Assembly: GCA_002269645.1 (NCBI GenBank)
Contig: NIVC01000441.1
Location: 186,001 to 250,000, forward strand
DNA from: Macrostomum lignano
Lineage: Eukaryota
Length of the DNA: 64,000 bases
Reading direction: 5' to 3'
In this document: piece by piece, positions 22,661 to 34,813 of the stretch
Layout: the number at the start of each line of letters is the position of its first letter
How positions within the stretch are numbered: the first letter of the stretch is position 1
The notes under the pieces: generated by a model
What the model was told of the DNA's origin: nothing
The model's database searches: none
What the model saw: only the letters and a program-made list of their open reading frames with translations
Translations under genes and position numbers: made by a program

Positions 22661-24859
22661 ATGAAGTTCGACGAGCTGCTAGCGAAAATCGGCGGTTTCG
22701 GCCGATTTCAAAGAATTCAGTTCGGCCTGGTCGTAGTGCCGATTATGTTCATCGGCATGAACCAGTTGGACTTGTTCTTCCTGGTCAGCACGCCCGGCCA
22801 CCGCTGCCTGCTGGACAATGACACTGTGAACTACCTGCGTCAGTCACCGAATTACACTACTCAAGCTGAACTGGAGTCCGCTGCTCTGGAGCCCGGCAGT
22901 GCGTGCAGCAGGCTGGTGTTGAACTTGTCGGAGGCCTGCCTGCAGCCGGCGGACGGTGGCGCCGGACTGACCTACGCCTGCCAGGCGCTCGGCGTCGAAG
23001 GCTGCCTCGATGGACGTCGCTTTGGCGACGAGTTCGGCGCCACGGTGGTGACCGAGGTGGCTATATAGGCCGGGTTAATGTTTGCTTTAAGTAGAACTTT
23101 TAAAACTCGAAAGTATGGTCCGTATGAACTATTTTTTGAGGCGATTAATTCTACGAAACTGCATAAGTTCTCTAATACAAGAGAAGAAATTCCCCCAAGC
23201 TCCAGATTGTGAGATGCTCCCGGCCTATTGGAGACGAGAAATTCCCCCCAAGCTCCAGATTGTGAGATGCTCCCTATTGGAGACAAGAAATTCCCCCCAA
23301 TCTCTAGATTATGAGATGCTCCCTATTGGAGACTAGAAATTCCCCCCAATCTCTAGATTGTGAGATGCTCCCTATTGGAGACTAGAAATTCCCCCCAAGC
23401 TCCAGATTGTGAGATGCTCCCTTTTGGAGACTAGAAATTCCCCCCAAGCTCTAGATTGTGAGATGCTCCCTTTTGGAGACTAGAAATTCCCCCCAAGCTC
23501 CAGATTGTGAGATGCTCTTTTTTGGAGACGAGAAATTCCCCCCAAGCTCTAGATTGTGAGATGCTCCCTTTTGGAGACTAGAAATTCCCCCCCAAGCTCC
23601 AGATTGTGAGATGCTCCCTTTTGGAGACTAGAAATTCCCCCCAATCTGTAGATTATGAGATGCTCCCTTTTGGAGACAAGAAATTCCCCCCAAGCTCCAG
23701 ATTGTGAGATGCTCCCTATTGGAGACTAGAAATTCCCCCCAAGCTCCAGATTGTGAGATGCTCCCTATTGGAGACGAGAAATTCCCCCAAGCTCTAGATG
23801 GATGGAGAAATTCCCCAAGGCAGCAGAAGCCCCGCAATATTTAATAGATTCGCTACCACGACCCGCAGTTCGATCTGGTCTGCGAGCAGTCCATAGTGGC
23901 CACCGTTGTCAAGAGTCTGACCTTTGTTGGCCCATTCATTGGCGGCATCGCTTTCGGCCAATTGTCGGATAGGTCTGCTTAATTGTCATATGCATCCCGT
24001 GTTTACTGACTTGTTATTGACAATAGCAGGATGAAATTAAGTCGCAAACTTAGCAAAAAATATTCTTCAAAAGTGTGGCACCCTGACATCCAATTCAATC
24101 AATCAACAAATTAACAAATCAACCCACCAATCAGGCAGTCAATCAATCAATCAGTCAATCAACCAATCAATTAATCAGCACACCAATCAATCAGTCAATC
24201 GACCAATCAACACACCAATCAATCAGTCAATCGACCAATCAACACACCAATCAATCAGTCAATCGACCAATCAACACACCAATCAATCAGTCAATCGACC
24301 AATCAACACACCAATCAATCAGTCAATCGACCAATCAACACACCAATCAATCAGTCAATCGACCAATCAACACACCAATCAATCAGTCAATCGACCAATC
24401 AACACACCAATCAATCAGTCAATCGACCAATCAACACACCAATCAATCAGTCAATCAACCAATCAACCAATCAATCAGTCAATCAACTAATCAATCAGTC
24501 AATCAACCAATCAATCAGTCAATCAACCAATCAATCAGTCAATCAACCAATCAATCAGTCAATCAACCAATCAATCAGTCAATCAACCAATCAATCAGTC
24601 AATCAACCAATCAATCAGTCAATCAACCAATCAATCAACACACCAATCAATCAATCAACCAATCAATCAACACACCAATCAATCAACACACCAATCAATC
24701 AACACACCAATCAATCAACACACCAATCAATCAACACACCAATCAATCAACACACCAATCAATCAATCAATCAATCAGTCAATCAACCAATCAATCAACA
24801 CACCAATCAATCAGTCAATCAACCAACCAATCAACACACCAATCAATCAATCAATCAAC

Positions 24860-24890
<31 letters not shown>

Positions 24891-27800
24891 CCAACCAATC
24901 AATCAACACACCAATCAATCAACACACCAATCAATCAGTCAATCAACTAATCAATCAACAATCAATCAACACACCAATCAATCAACACACCAATCAATCA
25001 ACACACCAATCAATCAACACACCAATCAATCAGTCAATCAACCAATCAATCAGTCAATCAACCAATCAATCAGTCAATCAACCAATCAATCAGTCAATCA
25101 ACCAACCAACCAGTCAATCAATCAATCAATCATCCAATCAACCAACGCTAAGCTCAGGTTCGGCCGTCGCACAGCCTTCATAGCCGGTTCAACCCTGATG
25201 CTGCTGGCCAGCGTGACAGCATCGTTCTCAGTCAGCGTGCACATGTTTGCCGCAGTGCTGTTTGTCCGCACCTTCCTTGTCAAAGGCCTGTTGGTTGTCG
25301 CGCTGTGTCTGAGTGAGTGACCCGCTAGGTATTCTGTGCAGGGAAATATAGTCAGAAGGGATAATTTTATGAACCAGTTAAACATCAGTTGTCGGTTCTA
25401 TTGGTTCCTATTTGTTTGTCCTGGATTTTTGGTTACATCTGGTCTGTATCTGATCTATATCTGATGATCTATATCTAATCTATATCTGATCTATATCTGA
25501 TCTATATCTGATCTATATCTGATCTATATCTGATCTATATCTGATCTATATCTAATATATATCTAATCTATATCTGATCTATATCTAAACATCTGATCTA
25601 TATCTGATCTATATCTAATCTATATCTAATCTATACCTGATCTATATATGATCTATATCTGATCTATATCTGATCTATACCTGATCTATATCTAATCTAA
25701 ATATCTAATCTATATCTGATCTATACCTGATCTATATCTAATCTAAATATCTAATCTATATCTGATCTATATCTAATCTATATCTGATCTATACCTGATC
25801 TATATCTAATCTAAATATCTAATCTATACCTGATCTATATCTAATCTATATCTGATCTATATCTAATCTATACCTGAACTATATCTAATCTAAATATCTA
25901 ATCTATATCTGATCTATATCTGATCTATATCTAATCTATATCTGATCTATATCTGATCTATATCTGATCTATATCTAATCTATATCTGATCTATATCTGA
26001 TCTATATCTAATCTATATCTGATCTTTATCTAATCTATATCTGGTTTTATATCTGATCTATATTTGATCTATCTTTCTCCGAACTATTCCCAATCTCTCT
26101 TATATTTAAAATTCTCAAATCCTAATTTTATCCACAGTATATAACTTCTATTCGTTCCTTCACTTAAACTTTTTTCAGTCCATTTTTATTGTGATTTTCA
26201 TTTCAGCCATCGAAGGCGTTGACAGGCAGCATCGAAACTCGCTAGCCTACCTGCGGAACATGCTGCGGCCAGCCAGTCAGGTGACCGCTTTGCGAATTGC
26301 GACGATTCAATATGTACAATCAGGAGCGCGATTTGTAGCTATCCGATCTCTACTATCTGTATCTAATCTCTCATGTCTCCCTCTAATCTCCCATGTGTCC
26401 CTCTAATCTCTCATGTCTCCCTCTAATCTCCCATGTGTCCCTCTAATCTCTCATGTCTCCCTCTAATCTCCCATGTGTCCCTCTAATCTCTCATGTCTCC
26501 CTCTAATCTCCCATGTGTCCCTCTAATCTCTCATGTCTCCCTCTAATCTCCCATGTGTCCCTCTAATCTCCCATGTCTCCCTGTAATATCTCATGTCTCC
26601 CTGTAATATCTCATGTCTCCATCTAATCTCTCATGTCTCCCTGTAATATCTCATGTCTCCCTGCAATATCTCATGTCTCCATCTAATCTCTCATGTCTCC
26701 CTGTAATCTCCCATGTGTCCCTCTAATCTTCCATGTCTCTATCTAATCTCTCATGTGTCCCTCTAATATCCCATGTCTCTATCTAATCTCTCATGTGTCC
26801 CTCTAATCTCTCATGTCTCCCTGTAATCTCCCATGTGTCCCTCTAATCTCTCATGTCTCCCTCTAATCTCTCATGTCTCCCTGTAATATCTCATGTCTCC
26901 CTGCAATATCTCATGTCTCCCTGTAATATCTCATGTCTCCCTGTAATATCTCATGTCTCCCTGTAATATCTCATGTCTCCCTGCAATATCTCATGTCTCC
27001 CTGTAATATCTCATGTCTCCCTGCAATATCTCATGTCTCCCTGTAATATCTCATGTCTCCCTGTAATATCTCATGTCTCCCTGTAATCTCCCATGTGTCC
27101 CTCTAATCTCTCATGTCTCCCTCTAATCTCTCATGTCTCCCTGTAATATCTCATGTCTCCCTGCAATATCTCATGTCTCCATCTAATCTCTCATGTCTCC
27201 CTCTAATCTCCCATGTGTCCCTCTAATCTTCCATGTCTCTATCTAATCTCTCATGTGTCCCTCTAATATCCCATGTCTCTATCTAATCTCTCATGTGTCC
27301 CTCTAATCTCCCATGTCTCCCTCTAATCTCCCTTGTGTCCCTCTAATCTCTCATGTCTCCCTGTAATATCTCATGTCTCCCTGTAATATCTCATGTCTCC
27401 CTCTAATCTCTCATGTCTCCCTGTAATCTCATATGTGTCCCTCTAATCTTCCATGTGTCCTTCTAATCTTCCATGTCTCTATCTAATCTCTCATGTCTCC
27501 CTGTAATATCTCATGTCTCCCTGTAATATCTCATGTCTCCCTGTAATCTCTCATGTCTCCCTCTAATCTCTCATGTCTCCCTGTAATCTCATATGTGTCC
27601 CTCTAATCTTCCATGTGTCCTTCTAATCTTCCATGTCTCTATCTAATCTCTCATGTCTCCCTGTAATATCTCATGTCTCCCTGTAATATCTCATGTCTCC
27701 CTCTAATCTCTCATGTCTCCCTGTAATCTCATATGTGTCCCTCTAATCTTCCATGTGTCCTTCTAATCTTCCATGTCTCTATCTAATCTCTCATGTCTCC

Positions 27801-30800
27801 CTGTAATATCTCATGTCTCCCTGTAATATCTCATGTCTCCCTGTAATCTCTCATGTCTCCCTCTAATCTCTCATGTCTCCCTGTAATCTCATATGTGTCC
27901 CTCTAATCTTCCATGTGTCCCTCTAATCTTCCATGTCTCTATCTAATCTCTCATGTGTCCCTCTAATCTCCCATGTGTCCCTCTAATCTCCCATGTCTCT
28001 ATCTAATCTCTCATGTGTCCCTCTAATCTCCCATGTCTCCCTCTAATCTCCCATGTCTCCCTCTAATCTCCCTTGTGTCCCTCTAATCTCTCATGTCTCC
28101 CTGTAATATCTCATGTCTCCCTGTAATATCTCATGTCTCCCTCTAATCTCTCATGTCTCCCTCTAATCTCTCATGTCTCCCTGTAATCTCTCATGTGTCC
28201 CTCGAATGTCTCTATCTAATCTCTAATGCCTCTATCTAATCTCTCATGTCTCCCTCTAATCTCTAATGTCTCTAAACTAACCTCTCATGTCGCTACCTAA
28301 TCTCTTTTATCTCTATCTAACCTCTAATATCCCTCTCTAATCTCTCCTATCGTTTCCGATAATGTATGCTACATTTGTACTCGTATCTAATCTCTCAATT
28401 CTCGTTGTAATCTCACCCACCTGTCGAGTGGAGAAATGGCTGAGAATCCCCTGAACTTCCCTCCCCAGGTGCTGATAGCCGGCCTGGCCTACTGGCTGCG
28501 CGACTGGCGGCGTCTCATCCTGGTGTCGGTGGCACCGCAGCTGCTGCTAATTGTCATTTTCTTGTGAGGCTCTCGCTGCCGCGTGCAGGCCTACTTACTG
28601 TCAGTATAGTAGCGTGCAAAGGTTTTTGCATGAATTTCGTGTTGAGCGAGCTGAAAAATAGTTTCACATATCCATTATCAGTAGCAGTAGAATTGCGCCG
28701 CATTAAACGCGCATAGTAAGCCGACATAATTTTTTCCAGTTATGATTCTCCCATCCCGAATGCAGCTTCATCGCAGAGTCGCCGGTGTGGCTGGCCAGTC
28801 AGCCTGGCCGGCTGTCGCAGCTGCGGCAGTACGCGGCCCGAGCCAACCAGATCAACGGCGGCAGCGCCACCCAGGCCGACATCGACAGCCTGGAAGTCGA
28901 CGAGTCGAAGTCGTCGTCCAAATCGAAAGCGGCGGCGCTTGGCCTGGTGGCGAAACTGCCGCGGCTTCGGTTCATCACCACCAACTTTCTGCTGCTGTGA
29001 GGCCGCGTCTCTGGCTGGGGCTGAGATGCTCCGGCTTGCCTTTTCATTGATTTCCTGTCTCCTGGTCTCCCCAACGGCATCTTTCTTTCGGCGTCTCTCC
29101 CCACCGGTGTCTCTCTCCTTACCGGTACTCTCTCTCCCTATCGGTGTCTCTCCCTACCGGTGTCTCTCTCCCTACCGGTGTCTCTCTCCCTACCGGTGTC
29201 TCTCTCCCTACCGGTGTCTCTCCCTACCGGTGTCTCTCTCCCTACCGGTGTCTCTCCCTACCGGTGTCTATCTCCTTACCGGTACTCTCTCTCCCTACCG
29301 GTGTCTCTCTCCCTACCGGTGTCTCTCCCTACCGGTGTCTCTCTCCCCACCGGTGTCTCTCCCTACCGGTACTCTCTCTCCCTACCGGTGTCTCTCCCTA
29401 CCGGTGTCTCTCCCTACCGGTGTCTCTCTCCTTACCGGTGTCTCTCTCCCTACCGGTGTCTCTCTCCCTACCGGTACTCTCTCTCCCTACCGGTGTCACT
29501 CTCCCTACCGGTATCTCTCCCTACCGGTGTCTCTCCCTACCGGTGTCTCTCTCCCTACCGGTGTCTCTCTCCCCACCGGTGTCTCTCCCCACCGGTGTCT
29601 CTCTCCTTACCGGTACTCTCTCTCCCTACCGGTGTCTCTCCCTACCGGTGTCTCTCTCCCTACCGGTGTCTCTCTCCCTACCGGTGTCTCTCTCCCTACC
29701 GGTGTCTCTCTCCCTACCGGTGTCTCTCTCCCTGCCGGTGTCTCTCTCCCTACCGGTGTCTCTCCCTACCGGTGTCTCTCTCCCTACCGGTGTCTCTCCC
29801 TACCGGTGTCTCTCCCTACCGGTGTCTCTCTCCCTACCGGTGTCTCTCTCCCTACCGGTGTCTCTCCTCTCCTCTCTTCCCACCAGTACGCTCGTAGCTC
29901 CTCCCAGTTTTTCTCCGCCAATATTTCCTCCCACTCTCCGGTGTCTCCTCCCACTCTCCGGTGTCTCCTCCCACTCTCTGGTGTCTCCTCCCACTCTCTG
30001 GTGTCTCCTCCCACTCTCTGGTGTCTCCTCCCACTCTCTGGTGTCTCCTCCCACTCTCTGGTGTCTCCTCCCACTCTCTGGTGTCTCCTCCCACTCTCTG
30101 GTGTCTCCTCCCACTCTCTGGTGTCTCCTCCCACTCTCTGGTGTCTCCTCCCACTCTCTGGTGTCTCCTCCCACTCTCTGGTGTCTCCTCCCACTCTCTG
30201 GTGTCTCCTCCCACTCTCTGGTGTCTCCTCCCACTCTCTGGTGTCTCCTCCCACTCTCTGGTGTCTCCTCCCACTCTTTGGTGTCTCCTCCCACTCTCTG
30301 GTGTCTCCTCCCACTCTCTGGTGTCTCCTCACACTCTCTGGTGTCTCCTCCCACTCTCTGGTGTCTCCTCACACTCTCTGGTGTCTCCTCCCACTCTCTG
30401 GTGTCTCCTCCCACTCTCTGGTGTCTCCTCACACTCTCTGGTGTCTCCTCCCACTCTCTGGTGTCTCCTCCCACTCTCTGGTGTCTCCTCCCACTCTCTG
30501 GTGTCTCCTCACACTCTCTGGTGTCTCCTCCCACTCTCTGGTGTCTCCTCCCACTCTCTGGTGTCTCCTCCCACTCTCTGGTGTCTCCTCACACTCTCTG
30601 GTGTCTCCTCCCACTCTCTGGTGTCTCCTCCCACTCTCTGGTGTCTCCTCACACTCTCTGGTGTCTCCTTCCATTCCCCCGGTATCTCCTTTTACTCCCT
30701 GGTCTCCCCCGGTCCCTTTTTACTGTCTCTCTCCCTCTCTCCCCAATCTCCCAATCTTATCTACTTTATCTCTTGCCCTCCTTTCTCCACTCGCCATCTC

Positions 30801-33782
30801 AAAGTATGGACATAGGAGTGCAGGTGTCTTTAACTACGGAAATTTTCTATCTTGTTATTGTCTTACAAAAGTGCACAGACACTTTCAGACACCTTCTGGT
30901 CACCTCTCTTCCCTCCACCCCTCCACCATTGCCGCAGCGTGTTCAGCGGCCTGTCGAACTCGGCGATCCTGTTCAACGCTGAGAAACTCTCCGGCAGCTT
31001 CTACTTGAACTTCGCCCTGCTGGGAGTGTCCAACGCCGTCTCCTACCTGCTCGGCTGGCTGCTGGCCGACCGTCTCGGCATTGTTCGCCTAATCCGCATC
31101 GACATCCTGCTGGGCGCAGTTGCTATGGCAACTGTGGCCGCGGTGCAGACTGCCGGACCCGAGTTAGGCTTGATTGTCACGGTGGCCACTCAGGTTGGGA
31201 AAATTTTCCTGCTCAATGCCAACAATTCGGTGCAAATCTATGGCACCCAGGTTTTCCCCACTGTTGCCAGGTGAGTGTCCGGGTGCCCCTATTGGTCATG
31301 ATTGACAGGTGCGTCCTTAGGTGCTTAGTAGCTGTTCTCCTGATTGACAGGTGTGACTCTCCAGGTGATTAGTAGCTGTTCTCCTGATTGACAGGTGTGA
31401 CTCTCCAGGTGATTAGTAGCTGTTCTCCTGATTGACAGGTGACTCTCCAGGTGCTTATTAGCTGTTCTCCTGATTGACAGGTGACTCTCCAGGTGATTAG
31501 TAGCTGCTCTCCTGATTGACAGATGTGACTCTCCAGGTGATTAGTAGCTGTTCTCCTGATTGACAGATGTGACTCTCCAGGTGATTAGTAGCTGTTCTCC
31601 TGATTGACAGGTGACTCTCCAGGTGCTTAGTAGCTGTTCTCCTGATTGACAGATGTGACTCTCCAGGTGATTAGTAGCTGTTCTCCTGATTGACAGATGT
31701 GATTCTCCAGGTGATTAGTAGCTGTTCTCCTGATTGACAGGTGACTCTCCAGGTGCTTAGTAGCTGTTCTCCTGATTGACAGGTGACTCTCCAGGTGCTT
31801 AGTAGCTGTTCTCCTGATTGACAGATGTGACTCTCCAGGTGATTAGTAGCTGTTCTCCTGATTGACAGATGTGACTCTCCAGGTGATTAGTAGCTGTTCT
31901 CCTGATTGACAGATGTGACTCTCCAGGTGATTAGTAGATGTTCTCCTGATTGACAGGTGACTCTCCAGGTGATTAGTAGCTGGTCTCCTGATTGACAGGT
32001 GACTCTCCAGGTGATTAGTAGCTGGTCTCCTGATTGACAGGTGTGACTCTCCAGGTGATTAGTAGCTGGTCTCCTGATTGACAGGTGACTCTCCAGGTGA
32101 TTAGTAGCTGTTCTCCTGATTGACAGGTGACTCTCCAGGTGATTAGTAGCTGGTCTCCTGATTGACAGGTGACTCTCCAGGTGATTAGTAGCTGTTCTCC
32201 TGATTGACAGGTGTGACTCTCCAGGTGATTAGTAGCTGTTCTCCTGATTGACAGGTGTGACTCTCCAGGTGATTAGTAGATGTTCTAATAATTGACAGGT
32301 GTGACTCTCCAGGTGATTAGTAGCTGTTCTCCTGATTGACAGGTGTGACTCTCCGGGTGATTAGTAGCTGTTCTCCTGATTGACAGGTGTGACTCTCCAG
32401 GTGATTAGTAGCTGTTCTCCTGATTGACAGGTGTGACTCTCCAGGTGATTAGTAGCTGTTCTCCTGATTGACAGGTGTGACTCTCCAGGTGATTAGTAGC
32501 TGTTCTCCTGATTGACAGGTGTGACTCTCCGGGTGATTAGTAGCTGTTCTCCTGATTGACAGATGTGACTCTCCAGGTGATTAGTAGCTGTTCTCCTGAT
32601 TGACAGGTGTGACTCTCCAGGTGATTAGTAGCTGTTCTCCTGATTGACAGGTGACTCTCCAGGTGATTAGTAGCTGTTCTCCTGATTGACAGGTGACTCT
32701 CCAGGTGATTAGTAGCTGTTCTCCTGATTGACAGGTGACTCTCCAGGTGATTAGTAGCTGTTCTCCTGATTGACAGATGTGACTCTCCAGGTGCTTAGTA
32801 GCTGTTCTCCTGATTGACAGGTGACTCTCCAGGTGATTAGTAGCTGTTCTCCTGATTGACAGGTGTGACTCTCCAGGTGATTAGTAGCTGTTCTCCTGAT
32901 TGACAGGTGACTCTCCAGGTGATTAGTAGCTGTTCTCCTGATTGACAGGTGACTCTCCAGGTGATTAGTAGCTGTTCTCCTGATTGACAGGTGACTCTCC
33001 AGGTGATTAGTAGCTGTTCTCCTGATTGACAGGTGACTCTCCAGGTGATTAGTAGCTGTTCTCCTGATTGACAGGTGACTCTCCAGGTGATTAGTAGCTG
33101 CTCTCCTGATTGACAGGTGACTCTCCAGGTGATTAGTAGCTGTTCTCCTGATTGACAGGTGTGACTCTCCAGGTTATTAGTAGCTGTTCTCCTGATTGAC
33201 AGATGTGACTCTCCAGGTTATTAGTAGCTGTTCTCCTGATTGACAGGTGACTCTCCAGGTGATTAGTAGATGTTCTAATAATTGACAGGTGTGACTCTCC
33301 AGGTGATTAGTAGCTGTTCTCCTGATTGACAGGCGAGACTATCCAGGTGTTTATTAGCTATTTTCATGATTGACAGGTGATGCATTTAGTTTCACACGGA
33401 TACACCCGTAATCCGTGTCCGAATTCCCAGAAATCTGGCCACCGGCGTCATCGGAGTGGCAGTTTCTCTCGGCAGCCTCCTGGCGCCATTCCTGCTTTAC
33501 ATTGGCGAGACTGGCAATAGTTGGCTGGCTTTTCTGCCATTCCTGCTGATTGCTGGGCTGTTACTATGCGGCCTGCTGCTCACGCTAACTTTGCCACCTG
33601 TGCCGGACCGGCTGTTGGTTACGTTTGAAGACTTTGACAGCTTCTTGGCGGCGCCGGCGGCTGGTCGGCAGTGCTGTGGAGTCTTCTATTGCGGCGGGGC
33701 CGGCCCTCAAGTGGCGCCAATCGAAATTCCCATGGCGCCGACTGGTGGCGCCGGCGCTCAAGCGGCGCCCAACAAGCTCTGA
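22661..33782 (+). CDS. SLC22-family (organic ion transporter-like, MFS) protein, 579 aa, divergent
   Basis: Exons 22661-23056, 23869-23972, 25158-25312, 26207-26280, 28469-28563, 28766-28996, 30938-31270, 33431-33782; GT-AG, phases consistent, total 1740 nt. Motifs FDELL..IGGFGRFQ, Cys-rich loop, TEFDLVC, SDRFGRR, RDWR, ESPVWL, FPTVAR. The 104- and 155-nt exons are typical of SLC22 genes. Confidence 0.9.
23170..23800. repeat. About 50-bp minisatellite (GAAATTCCCCCCAAGCTCCAGATTGTGAGATGCTCCCTATTGGAGACTA), about 12 copies
   Basis: SLC22 intron 1. Confidence 0.9.
24100..25140. repeat. (CAAT)n-based microsatellite with higher-order units
   Basis: SLC22 intron 2; runs to within about 15 nt of the exon 3 acceptor. 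Confidence 0.95.
25440..26075. repeat. 11-bp minisatellite (ATCTATATCTG/A)
   Basis: SLC22 intron 3. Confidence 0.92.
26355..28340. repeat. 20-bp minisatellite (CTCTAATCTCTCATGTCTCC), about 95 copies
   Basis: SLC22 intron 4. Confidence 0.95.
29095..29870. repeat. 16-18-bp minisatellite (CTACCGGTGTCTCTCTCC)
   Basis: SLC22 intron 6, first array. Confidence 0.95.
29925..30670. repeat. 20-bp minisatellite (GTGTCTCCTCCCACTCTCTG), about 37 copies
   Basis: SLC22 intron 6, second array; shares GGTGTCTC with the neighbouring array. Confidence 0.95.
31298..33380 (+). repeat. 42/44-bp minisatellite (GTGACTCTCCAGGTGATTAGTAGCTGTTCTCCTGATTGACAG), about 48 copies
   Basis: Fills SLC22 intron 7; each unit carries CAG|GTGATT and usually CAG|GTGACT or CAG|GTGTGA. 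Confidence 0.95.
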
Positions 33783-34813
33783 TTCAGTCAGCTATTAGTG
33801 ACTGCTGAACCTGATTTTAACTTAATTTTCTTTGCTTCGTTCGGACCGACTTTAATCTATAATTTATAGTCTATAAGAAAAGTTACTCCTAGCATCTTGA
33901 GTGGCATTTCATCATTTTTGTGGCATTTTGTGCTTTAAGAATAATCTTTATAGAGCCTTTTATATTGGATTTTTCAAAGTGCACGACGCCCTAGTAAACC
34001 ATGGCTTCTGCTCCCGCCACCCTCTCTGACTTGCTTGCCTTTGCACGTCCTATACTGCACTGAGATTTCTACGAGTAGAGAAACTTTGAAATTGAGCGTT
34101 TTTTCGTTTTGATTTACTTGTAGTACTTCCTGACAGAGAATCATTCGACGCTACGAGCTAAGATGGAAGCTTTCTTCCATTTATACATATAGTTTATACT
34201 ATTCTATTATGTTGTTATATTATAAATGAATACATTCGCACAAGTTATTCAGATAACTGAAACTGTCTTTCTTACGCGTCTTACGTGTCTTACGTGTAGA
34301 AAGACGCAGTTAGAATTTAGAGCCAATAAACTAGCCTTCTTGTCTTTAAAAATACATTAATGTACTTCTGTTTAACGTACTACTGAACTGAAAGTAGGTT
34401 ACACGCAAATGGGATGAGTGGCTCATCTAGTAATTATAGTGCGAGCGTATCTGTGGCCTGGAGATTTGTTTGCCTAGAGTTTCACGATTCAATGCAGAGT
34501 ATTGAATCGGTTAAATCAAATGTACATGTGTTTTTAATTACAATTCTCTCCGCTTGACGCTGATTGGCTAGGAGAACCCTAACCCATACTGACGCCCAAC
34601 TCACTCCATTTTCCATTTCTTCTAGTCTTATCTTAATTCGGGGTGGGCGAACAGAATTTACACTGAACATAAGAATGTAGAGTTCAGCCCTGACCCATGA
34701 ATTGTCCATTCCTCCTAATTAAAAACATATCACAGACCTGTGCCTAATTAACATTTACCCCAACCAAATTTTACCAGTAGAAGTAAGTTTTTAATTTGTA
34801 AAAAACACTCATC

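Noticed and set aside
28939-31008. 689- and 612-aa ORFs
   Set aside because: Read-through of two intronic minisatellites in non-coding frames of the SLC22 gene.
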